Shown here piece after piece: positions 55,324-62,911 of a stretch of DNA of 64,000 nt; the first letter of the stretch is position 1, and each line of letters starts with the position of its first letter. Source of the DNA: a virus. Lineage: Duplodnaviria; Caudoviricetes. The notes under the pieces were generated by a model. That model was given only the letters and a program-made list of their open reading frames with translations, searched no databases and had not been told where the DNA came from. The DNA lies in the IMG/VR virus record IMGVR_UViG_3300034523_000162, positions 1,842 through 65,841 of that record; one strand, written 5' to 3'. A program made the translations under genes and the position numbers.

Positions 55324-56562
55324 ATGTTCTTCACCAATCTGCGTCTCTACACCCTCACGCAGCCGCTGGCGCTCACCGCCAGCGCGCTGGAATCGGCGCT
55401 GGCCAGCAAGCCGCACCGCGAGCCGGCCTCGCAGGAAATGTCGACGGCGGGCTTCGTGCCCGCCCTGGGCGAAGGCGCCACCCTGCTGGCGCACGCTGGC
55501 CAGGGTGCCTACCTGGTGGCCATGAAGACGTCCACCCGCGACCTCAAGGGCTCGGTGGTCAACGAAGCGGTCAAGGCCAAGGTCAAGGCGATTGAGGCCG
55601 AGCAGCAGCGCAAGGTCTACAAAAAGGAGCGCGACCAGATCAAGGACGAGCTGCTGCAGACCATGCTGCCGCGCGCCTTCGTGACCCATAAAACGACGTA
55701 TGCCGTGCTCGACCTGGTGGAGCAGCGCGTCCTGGTCAACACGCAATCGCCTGGTGCCGCCGAGGCGATCCTGTCGACGCTGCGTGAGTGCCTGGGCTCC
55801 CTGCCCGTGCGGCCGCTGACGGTGAAGATCAACCCGCAGGCGACCATGACCCACTGGCTCAAAACCCAGGAGACGCCCGAGGGCTTCTACCTGGCCGACA
55901 ATTGCGAACTTGAGGAGACGGCGGACGGCGGTGGCGTGGTCAAACTCAAGCGCATTGACCTGTCGAGTGAGGAGGTGCAGATGCACCTGGCCACCGGCAA
56001 GCTCTGCCGCAACCTGTCGCTCGCCTGGGGCGACAAACTGACCTTTGACCTGGTCGACGATATGGGCATCCGCCGGCTGTCGTTCGCCGACCTCCTCGAG
56101 GAGCAGGCGGCCGACGAGGCCGACAGCGAGGACCCGCTGTCCTACCAGGATGTGTCGTTCGTGATCATGCTGTTGACGCTGCGCGAGTTCCTGGCCGAGC
56201 TGCTGCCGGCGCTGGGCGGCGAGGAAATCCCCCAGGGCGTGTCGGTCGAGCAGCTGACGGCCGCTCCCGCAGCTGTCGGCGCCGGCGTGGACGTCACGGG
56301 CCTGATCGGCCTGGCCGGTACCGGGATTACGGCGACGCTGTCGATCCCGCCCGCTCCCACAGATGCCGAGGGCGATGGCCCCGACCCGATCATGCAGGAG
56401 GCGCGCGATTTCGTGCGGGCGGCTGGCCGTGGTTCGGTGTCCGGCATCCAGCGCCGGTTTAAGGTCGGGTACAACCGTGCGGCTCGGGTGATCGAGGCCC
56501 TGGAGGCCGAAGGCATTCTGTCGCCTATGCGTTCCGACGGATCGCGCGTGGTGCTAGCCTAA
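55324..56562 (+). CDS. rdgC: Recombination-associated RdgC fused to an FtsK gamma domain
   Basis: MFFTNLRLY..KKERDQIKDE..LPRAF..LRECLGSLPV; C-terminal SVSGIQRRFKVGYNRAARVIEALEAEGILSP. Confidence 0.9.
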   Translation: MFFTNLRLYTLTQPLALTASALESALASKPHREPASQEMSTAGFVPALGEGATLLAHAGQGAYLVAMKTSTRDLKGSVVNEAVKAKVKAIEAEQQRKVYKKERDQIKDELLQTMLPRAFVTHKTTYAVLDLVEQRVLVNTQSPGAAEAILSTLRECLGSLPVRPLTVKINPQATMTHWLKTQETPEGFYLADNCELEETADGGGVVKLKRIDLSSEEVQMHLATGKLCRNLSLAWGDKLTFDLVDDMGIRRLSFADLLEEQAADEADSEDPLSYQDVSFVIMLLTLREFLAELLPALGGEEIPQGVSVEQLTAAPAAVGAGVDVTGLIGLAGTGITATLSIPPAPTDAEGDGPDPIMQEARDFVRAAGRGSVSGIQRRFKVGYNRAARVIEALEAEGILSPMRSDGSRVVLA

Positions 56563-56840
56563 TGACCGCCGCAGTCACCCTCCCCCTGCCCGCTTCCGAA
56601 TCCCTGGTGCTCGCCATCGAGCACCAGCGCCAGTTCTTGTTCACCGACGAGGTGGTCGCCCGCTATCAGGGGCGCATCGCGGTGTCGACGCTGGAAAAGT
56701 GGCGCACCGCCGGCAAGGGTCCGCTGTTCGCCTACCTGGGCACCGTCCCGGTCTACCCGCTCGACGCCCTCGTCTCCTGGGAGCGCCAGCTCACGCTGCA
56801 CGTTAAGCCCGGGCAGGAAGCCGGCCGCGTCGTGCTGTGA
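56562..56840 (+). CDS. Excisionase-like winged HTH protein
   Basis: EVVARYQGRIAVSTLEKWRTAGKGP..VYPLDAL..WE. Confidence 0.7.
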   Translation: MTAAVTLPLPASESLVLAIEHQRQFLFTDEVVARYQGRIAVSTLEKWRTAGKGPLFAYLGTVPVYPLDALVSWERQLTLHVKPGQEAGRVVL

Positions 56841-56859
56841 CCAGTGACCGGATTGGCCT

Positions 56860-57140
56860 CTGTAGCCTTTCGTCGGTGCCGTGGGTAGTCTCGCCCTCGC
56901 TGCAGACATGCGGCCTCCAACCGTAGCCATAACGGTATCGTTGCCCGTACATCACGGGGTATCCCAGGGGGGCCTGGGTTACATGGCAGATGTCGCCTGA
57001 TCGGCGTAACCGGTCCCGACTCACTCGGTGACGGACCTCCCTCCGGCACTTAGGCGTATCGGCCTGGACCTTGGGAAAGCCAATCAGGATCACCCGCAGC
57101 TGGGTGGGTTTTTCCAGGGTCCAGACCGATGCGTAGTCCA
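56860..57140 (+). ncRNA. Candidate structured non-coding RNA/leader
   Basis: About 320-nt intergenic region with several hairpins and a long G-U-containing stem at 57054-57134. Confidence 0.4.
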
Positions 57141-57167
57141 CGATCCCCCTTGAAATTTGGAGCGCCC

Positions 57168-57485
57168 ATGCGCCAGCCTTCCCCTTTTCAGACGCTGTCC
57201 TTCAGCCAGGCGCTCGACGCTGCCAAGGCTGGTCATTCTGTTCGCCGCTCCTCCTGGGAGGCCACTGGCCTTTCGATCATCTGCCAAGTCGGCCAGCACG
57301 GCTTCGGCGCCTCTGCCCCTGCTCAAATCGGCGGCATCCCCTCTAAGCACTTCCAAAGCGGCGAGCCCGGCCTGCCTGTGCGCCTGCCGTGCCTGTTGAT
57401 GACGTCCGTCCTGGGCGCTCTCGCCGTTTGGGTCCCGACCCCTACGGATCTGTTTGCTGACGATTGGTGCATCCTGGAGGCGTGA
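57168..57485 (+). CDS. DUF2829 / Thoeris anti-defence Tad2-like protein
   Basis: FSQALDAAKAGHSVRRSSW...WVPTPTDLFADDW; GGAG RBS. Confidence 0.75.
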   Translation: MRQPSPFQTLSFSQALDAAKAGHSVRRSSWEATGLSIICQVGQHGFGASAPAQIGGIPSKHFQSGEPGLPVRLPCLLMTSVLGALAVWVPTPTDLFADDWCILEA

Positions 57486-57487
57486 CG

Positions 57488-57757
57488 ATGGGCTCGCAGT
57501 ACAACCCGAATTCCCTGTTAAACCCTGAGTGCGGCTCCCTGGCGCAGCCTGACGTCGGCCCTGGCGCCCTGGTCGCCCTGCAGAAGCGCATGAACCGTGC
57601 CCTGCTGGTGCTGCGCGCTGCCGCCGACGAGTCCGGTGCCCTGGACCATGAGCTGTCGATCGACGGCATGTGCGAGCCGCTCACCGGTGCCGAGCTGGAG
57701 GGGTTCCGCGCCGGCGCCCGCCTGGCCCTGCAGCTGCTCGGCGAGCCCTTCGCCTAA
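57488..57757 (+). CDS. Hypothetical protein
   Basis: GGAGG RBS before ATG 57488. Confidence 0.6.
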   Translation: MGSQYNPNSLLNPECGSLAQPDVGPGALVALQKRMNRALLVLRAAADESGALDHELSIDGMCEPLTGAELEGFRAGARLALQLLGEPFA

Positions 57758-57796
57758 ACGCTATTCCGCGAAATCGCTAATTCGCTATTTCGCTAA
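57749..57796. repeat. 8-bp unit array D (5-6 units)
   Basis: TTCGCCTA AACGCTAT TCCGCGAA ATCGCTAA TTCGCTAT TTCGCTAA. Confidence 0.85.
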
Positions 57797-57851
57797 AAGG
57801 CTTCACCGTTGGACCGTTGAAGATTGCGACACTTGTAACTCCAGACCTTGC

Positions 57852-57878
57852 GGCCCGCCTAGCGCGGGCCTTTTTTTG
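57852..57878 (+). terminator. Intrinsic terminator
   Basis: GGCCCGC-CTAGC-GCGGGCC followed by a T8 run. Confidence 0.8.
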
Positions 57879-57880
57879 GG

Positions 57881-57937
57881 TGTAGGAAATATCCCACACA
57901 AATTACTTGCTTTGAATTAAAAGGCGAGCTTATATAG
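57881..57937 (+). promoter_or_regulatory. Operator plus promoter cassette
   Basis: TGTAGGA-AATA-TCCCACA then TTACTTGCT..AAAAGGCGAGCTTATA. Confidence 0.65.
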
Positions 57938-57969
57938 ACCCATCGAAACGAACAACGGAGCACCAGGAA

Positions 57970-58455
57970 ATGGCCAAGAAAATCACCCTTAAGCACGCCC
58001 TGCCTTGCGGCGCCATCGCCACCCGCACCACCGCCCGCGAATACAGCCATGTCGTGATCCTGCGCACTGACCTGGTCGCCGCTCGCGCCCAGCTGGACTG
58101 CATCAGCCAAACCGTCCTGGACAACTTCGCCTACAGCCAGAAGATCGTCGGCATCGGCGCCGGCGGCCTGATCCGCGCCAGCAACGGCCGCAGCTACCCG
58201 GTGACCCAAAAAGACGTCGACAGCGCCCTGGCCTCGATGCGCGGCTTCACCGACGCCCAGGCCTTCGCCGAGGCCCACCGCGCGGAGCGCCTGGCCAAGT
58301 TTGATGCCGAGCACGGCGACGCCACCCGGGGCCCTTGGATGATCGTCGGCTGGTGCGGCCGCCTGGACCTGGCCACCAAGCTGGCGGCCCAGCAGCAAGG
58401 CTACGCCTGCCGCACCGACGTCCAGGTGCAAGCCGTCAACAACGGGGTGCTGTGA
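57970..58455 (+). CDS. Hypothetical protein
   Basis: First gene after the promoter; GGAG RBS. Confidence 0.7.
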   Translation: MAKKITLKHALPCGAIATRTTAREYSHVVILRTDLVAARAQLDCISQTVLDNFAYSQKIVGIGAGGLIRASNGRSYPVTQKDVDSALASMRGFTDAQAFAEAHRAERLAKFDAEHGDATRGPWMIVGWCGRLDLATKLAAQQQGYACRTDVQVQAVNNGVL

Positions 58456-58459
58456 GGGC

Positions 58460-58499
58460 TTCGCCCTTTCGCCCTTTCGCTAATTCGCTAATTCGCTAC
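58460..58499. repeat. 8-bp unit array E (5 units)
   Basis: TTCGCCCT TTCGCCCT TTCGCTAA TTCGCTAA TTCGCTAC. Confidence 0.9.
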
Positions 58500-58513
58500 C
58501 CGGAGCCGCCGCC

Positions 58514-59095
58514 ATGCGTGAACTCAAAGCCCTGCTGTTCGCCAGCACCAAAGAAGCCTATGACGCCACCCAAACCGGCGAGGCGCCGCTGGGTAGCGTG
58601 CTGCTGATCCCTTCCGAGGGCGTGGTCGGCCTGGCCTGGACCTGGCCCGTCGCGGTCACCGTCGCCTGTGGCGAGCTGCACCAGGTCGCCGACGTCTTCC
58701 AGGCCGACAACATCATTGCCGAGGCCGCCTGGGGCAAAGCGCAGCTGGAGACGGCGCGCGACTTCGCCCTGATCGGCCACATGCCGCTGGAGGCCTGGGC
58801 GGTCAATGCGCTGATCGATCCGCTGCACTTCCCGCGCCTGGAGGCGCGCCAGCCGCCCTACACCGTGCTGGCCAGCGCCACCGCCGGCAACTTCGTCAAG
58901 GTGCGCGTGCTGCTCGAGGGCGACGACCTGCCGGGGGCGGAAACGCTGACCCTGGAGGTGCTGTCCGTCGACGGCGAGCGCCTGATCGGCCGCATCAGCG
59001 GCCCCACCCTCTATGCCCATGAGCACGACCTTCGCCGTGGCGATCGCGTGGTCTGCGGCCACCACCACCTGTTCCCCGAGGAGGCCTCCCAGTGA
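58514..59095 (+). CDS. Hypothetical protein
   Basis: GGAG RBS; EAYDATQ..EGVVGLAWTWPVAVT..GELH. Confidence 0.7.
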   Translation: MRELKALLFASTKEAYDATQTGEAPLGSVLLIPSEGVVGLAWTWPVAVTVACGELHQVADVFQADNIIAEAAWGKAQLETARDFALIGHMPLEAWAVNALIDPLHFPRLEARQPPYTVLASATAGNFVKVRVLLEGDDLPGAETLTLEVLSVDGERLIGRISGPTLYAHEHDLRRGDRVVCGHHHLFPEEASQ

Positions 59096-59322
59096 GCCTG
59101 TTGGAAAACGTATCCCCCGCCTACTCCACCGAGGACGGCGCCCGCGTCGAGGCTGTGGCCAAGACGCTGATGGAGGCCTTCCACGGCCGTGTCCTGGAGG
59201 GCGAAGCCGCCGAGCGCACCACCCTGCGTGCGCTGGCGCTGAAAGGCGAGCCGCGCGCCGAGCAGTGCGTGATGGTCGCCGGTGTCATCGTCAATTACCT
59301 GCGTGAGGAGCTGGACCAGTGA
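59092..59322 (+). CDS. Hypothetical protein
   Basis: GTGA overlaps; GGAGG RBS. Confidence 0.6.
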   Translation: MSLLENVSPAYSTEDGARVEAVAKTLMEAFHGRVLEGEAAERTTLRALALKGEPRAEQCVMVAGVIVNYLREELDQ

Positions 59323-59699
59323 CCATCGCCATCAACTTCAACAAGTCCGAGGCCGAGGTGGTGCGCCACCGCCTGGCCTTCCTGGCCACCCTGGACCTCG
59401 ACGACATGCAGCAGCTGTTCGAGGAGGAGGGGGAGCTGGACTGCCTTGTGCTGCTCGAGTACGCCGCCAAAGCCGAAGCCGCCCTGCGCGACCCGATGCA
59501 CCGCGTGCTGGTCGAGCGGCCGGAGCATGTCGCCATCCTGGTCGAGGCGATCGAGGGCGCCACCGTGCACGCGGTGGCCAGCGACGAGGCCGCCGCCGGG
59601 CGCATCACCCGCATTGCCGCTGTCAACGTGCGTCACTCGCTACGCTCGGCAGGCCGCAAGGTTACGGCCGCCACGGGTTCGGCGGTTCGCGCGCCGTAG
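59319..59699 (+). CDS. Hypothetical protein
   Basis: GTGA overlap; GAGGAG RBS. Confidence 0.6.
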   Translation: MTIAINFNKSEAEVVRHRLAFLATLDLDDMQQLFEEEGELDCLVLLEYAAKAEAALRDPMHRVLVERPEHVAILVEAIEGATVHAVASDEAAAGRITRIAAVNVRHSLRSAGRKVTAATGSAVRAP

Positions 59700-59749
59700 G
59701 AAATTTCCTATACTTTTTACTTGCTAGGATCAAAAGGTGATCTTATAGT
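59695..59749 (+). promoter_or_regulatory. Operator plus promoter cassette
   Basis: CGTAGGA-AATT-TCCTATA then TTGCTA-17bp-TATAGT. Confidence 0.7.
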
Positions 59750-59793
59750 CACCTCACCCAAACACACCACCCACTGCTACGGAAAAGCCCCCC

Positions 59794-60381
59794 ATGTCGA
59801 CAATCGCCCGCTACGGTTACAGCCCTTCTGCCGCCGGCCAAGCCCTCGTCACCTGGTGCATCAATGCCCGAAACTCCCTGATCGATCTGCTGCAAAAGCC
59901 GACTCGCCCGATCTCGGACGCGTCGGTCGATATGTGGGAGGCCTACTTCCGCAAAATCGCGGCCATCCGCGCCATGGACCATAAAGAGCTGGCGACCGCC
60001 CTGGCCGCCGCCAAAGCCGAGGCACCTGCAGCCATGACCAATGCCACCCCGTCCACCGATTACCTGCTGATCAACGTCGACGGCACCGAGGAGCGCCGCT
60101 CCGCCGAGCTGCCGGCCGACCCGGGCTATCGCGCTCTGGCCGACCTGATCGACCCCATCCTGGGCGTACTGGCCTGGGAGCAGGTCACCGTCCTGTTCAA
60201 CGGTGAGCCCTGCGATATGTTCGTCGACGAGGTGGGCGCCATCACCGGCCTGCCGCGCAACGAGCGCGCCACCGCGATCTATCGCGCTAACGCCCTGGCC
60301 CAGCACCCGGGCACCGACCCCGAGAGCCTGCCGGCCATCTACGGCCGTGTGGTGCTGTTCACCCGCCGCGTTTGGTTCTGA
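59794..60381 (+). CDS. Hypothetical protein with a DUF3846-like C-terminal domain
   Basis: MFVDEVG..LPRNERAT..IYGRVVLF. Confidence 0.7.
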   Translation: MSTIARYGYSPSAAGQALVTWCINARNSLIDLLQKPTRPISDASVDMWEAYFRKIAAIRAMDHKELATALAAAKAEAPAAMTNATPSTDYLLINVDGTEERRSAELPADPGYRALADLIDPILGVLAWEQVTVLFNGEPCDMFVDEVGAITGLPRNERATAIYRANALAQHPGTDPESLPAIYGRVVLFTRRVWF

Positions 60382-60399
60382 GCCCCCTGGAGAGCCGTC

Positions 60400-60810
60400 A
60401 TGTCTACCCCGACTACTGCTGAGGCGATCTTCGCCAACCTGACGCGCGGCCATGCCGTGACCGTCACCACCGCTTCCCTGCTCGTCATGCGCGTCGGCCT
60501 GGTCGACGTCGCCGGTGGCCGCCTGAGCGGCCTCAACATCGAAACCGGCGAGCCTTGCGAGTGCGTCGTGTCGCAGGTCCGCAACGTCAGCACCGCCCTG
60601 CGCCGCTGCGTGGGCACCATGCGCGCCGCCGATGTGGTGGTGGGCATGGATATCCGCCTGATGACCGACCAGGGCAGCGCCGGCGCCGTCATCGACAAGG
60701 TGGTCCAGGGCGACGACGTCGACCTGGAGCTGCGCATGGATACCGGCGAGGTGGTGACCTTCCACATGGACGCCCACCGTTCGGTCGAGCGCCTGGAGGC
60801 CCGCCTGTGA
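60400..60810 (+). CDS. Hypothetical protein
   Basis: GGAG RBS. Confidence 0.6.
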   Translation: MSTPTTAEAIFANLTRGHAVTVTTASLLVMRVGLVDVAGGRLSGLNIETGEPCECVVSQVRNVSTALRRCVGTMRAADVVVGMDIRLMTDQGSAGAVIDKVVQGDDVDLELRMDTGEVVTFHMDAHRSVERLEARL

Positions 60811-61304
60811 TCGATCCACGCGCCAACAGCAAGGGGCCGCTTGCGGCCCCAGCTCCCCTGCCGCACGTCTCCCGGCGCGCCCTGGGGCGCATCGACGACG
60901 CCCTGCCGATCCCGACCGAATGCCGCTACTGCGCTGGCCCGGTCGCCCTGGTGGACAACTCGGAGATCTATCGCGGCCGCTCCTACGGCGGCTGGCCCTT
61001 CGCCTACTGGTGCAAGGACTGCGACGCGATGGTCGGCCTGCACCCCGACACCGACCTGCCGCTCGGCACGCTGGCCGACAAGGCCCTGCGCACCGCGCGC
61101 CAGCAGTGCAAGGCGCCCTTCGAGCGCATCTGGCGCGTGCTGCGCCTCAAGTCGCGCAAGGGCGCCTATGCGTGGCTGGCCGAGCAGCTGGGTATCCCGG
61201 TTGCCGAGTGCCACTTCGGGCTGTTTGAGGTCGAGCAGTGCGAACGGGCCCGCGACGCCTCGATGCGCTTCCTGCAGGCTCAGGAGAAGGCCCATGTCGC
61301 CTAG
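60807..61304 (+). CDS. DUF3268-family zinc-finger protein
   Basis: CRYC..YWCKDCDAMVGLHP..PLGTLAD..AYAWLAEQLGI..CHFGLF; GTGA overlap. Confidence 0.8.
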   Translation: MIDPRANSKGPLAAPAPLPHVSRRALGRIDDALPIPTECRYCAGPVALVDNSEIYRGRSYGGWPFAYWCKDCDAMVGLHPDTDLPLGTLADKALRTARQQCKAPFERIWRVLRLKSRKGAYAWLAEQLGIPVAECHFGLFEVEQCERARDASMRFLQAQEKAHVA

Positions 61305-61470
61305 AAAGCCAATGCCGGCGATGGTCGATCGCCAGTGCCTGTGCTGTAACAACACTTTCCAAGCCACCGCCTCGGCCGTGCGCCGGGGCTGGGGCACTTA
61401 CTGCGGTAAACCCTGCAAAGCCCGCCATGCGGCTCAATTGAAAGCGCAACCTGCCCACCTGGAGTCCTCA

Positions 61471-62331
61471 ATGTCTAACGCCCCTGTTCTCCCAACCGAC
61501 GCCGTCCAGGCGCCCGCTCCTACGGCCGCCCCAGGCGTCGAAGTGCCGGCCCGTGGCCTCACGCTCGAGCAGCTGATGGTCGAGCGCGTCTCGGCCTACG
61601 CCATTTCCGATCGCCCCCGCGAGCTGATCGACGAGGGCCTGGACAAGCTGTTTAAGTCGGTGATCGAAGACCTGACCCGCTCCTACGGCGACCTGGGCAA
61701 GGCGATCAAAGAGGCGCTCGCCGCCGCGATGCCGGCGAACGTGGGCGATATCTTCGAGCTGACCCGCTATAACGCCCTGGTGGCCAACCAGCTCAAGCAG
61801 CGCTGGGAGGCCTCTGCCGTTGGTGAACAGCTGCTGCTGCAGGCCAACAAATCGATTGACGAGGTGCTGTCGGGCGGCGGCCTGATCCAGGGCGAGGTGT
61901 CGCTGCAGGAGCTGCTCGAGGCGTTCATCGAGGACAACAAAGAACGCGCCGCCGAGGAGCGCTGGAGCGAGCCGGAGATCCGCTTCGAGGAGTCCAACAC
62001 CTACGGCCCGACGCTGGTTGTCGCCTTTGACCCCATGCCCGAGGAGGCGCACCGCAACAGCGCCTACAATCGCGCCCGCCGCTACGACTACGAGCTGAAG
62101 CACCGGATGCAAATCCGCATCACCGACGAAACGCGCCCGGCGCCGTTCCCGCATCACCCGGTGATCCGCGTGGGTGAGGTCTATGCCGCCACCTTGGATG
62201 ACAAGAAGATCGCCCTCGACATGCAAATCTACACCCCGTGGGAGAAGCAGCTGGCGGCCCTGTACTTCGGCAATGCCAAGCTGCTGATTGACTGCGACGC
62301 CGACGACTTCACCTATGGCTTCGATGACTGA
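61471..62331 (+). CDS. Hypothetical protein (possible longer form from ATG 61294 with a zinc finger)
   Basis: GGAG RBS before ATG 61471; the upstream in-frame segment has CLCC..YCGKPC. Confidence 0.7.
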   Translation: MSNAPVLPTDAVQAPAPTAAPGVEVPARGLTLEQLMVERVSAYAISDRPRELIDEGLDKLFKSVIEDLTRSYGDLGKAIKEALAAAMPANVGDIFELTRYNALVANQLKQRWEASAVGEQLLLQANKSIDEVLSGGGLIQGEVSLQELLEAFIEDNKERAAEERWSEPEIRFEESNTYGPTLVVAFDPMPEEAHRNSAYNRARRYDYELKHRMQIRITDETRPAPFPHHPVIRVGEVYAATLDDKKIALDMQIYTPWEKQLAALYFGNAKLLIDCDADDFTYGFDD

Positions 62332-62341
62332 GGCGCCCCTG

Positions 62342-62911
62342 ATGAAAGAGCATGACCTGAACACCAGCGCCGGCGGCCGTGGCTTCGTGAAAGAGCTGTT
62401 CAACGAGCACCTGGGGACCCACTCCTACAACCGCTATATCGACGAGCGCCTGGCCGCCGACTTCGCCTGCGCCCTGGGCCTGTGGGCTGGCCCGGTGCTG
62501 GCCAAGTTGGCCGCCTACGAGGCGATCGACGCCATGGCCGAACCGGTGCGCGTGTCGACCTTGTACGCGGCCACCCAGGAGCGTGACGCGGCCCTGGCGG
62601 ATAACGACCGCCTGCGCGCCGCCCTGGAGGAGGTCCTGGTAAACGCCGAGCGCGGCCTGCCCCCGGCGCTGCACCGGAAGCTGCGCGACCTGATCCCGAA
62701 GGCGCCGCCGGCGCCGGCGAACGAGGCCGAGCGCCCTGGCTTCGAGGCCTGGCACTGCGACCGCTTCAAAACCGAGTACACAACCGGCGCGCCGACCCGC
62801 GATTTCGACGGGTCCCGCCATGCACCTGAATACGGCCCTCCCGCCCAGCAGTTCATGTGGGAGGCCTGGCAAGGCCGCGCGGCCAAATGCACCTGTGGGG
62901 GTGGCAAATGA
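62342..62911 (+). CDS. Hypothetical protein
   Basis: DLNTSAGGRG..YIDERLAADFACAL; GAGG RBS. Confidence 0.65.
   Translation: MKEHDLNTSAGGRGFVKELFNEHLGTHSYNRYIDERLAADFACALGLWAGPVLAKLAAYEAIDAMAEPVRVSTLYAATQERDAALADNDRLRAALEEVLVNAERGLPPALHRKLRDLIPKAPPAPANEAERPGFEAWHCDRFKTEYTTGAPTRDFDGSRHAPEYGPPAQQFMWEAWQGRAAKCTCGGGK

Noticed and set aside
56860-57050. Multi-hairpin region as a tRNA gene
   Set aside because: No TTCGA T-loop, no CCA end, and the arm sizes do not fit a cloverleaf.
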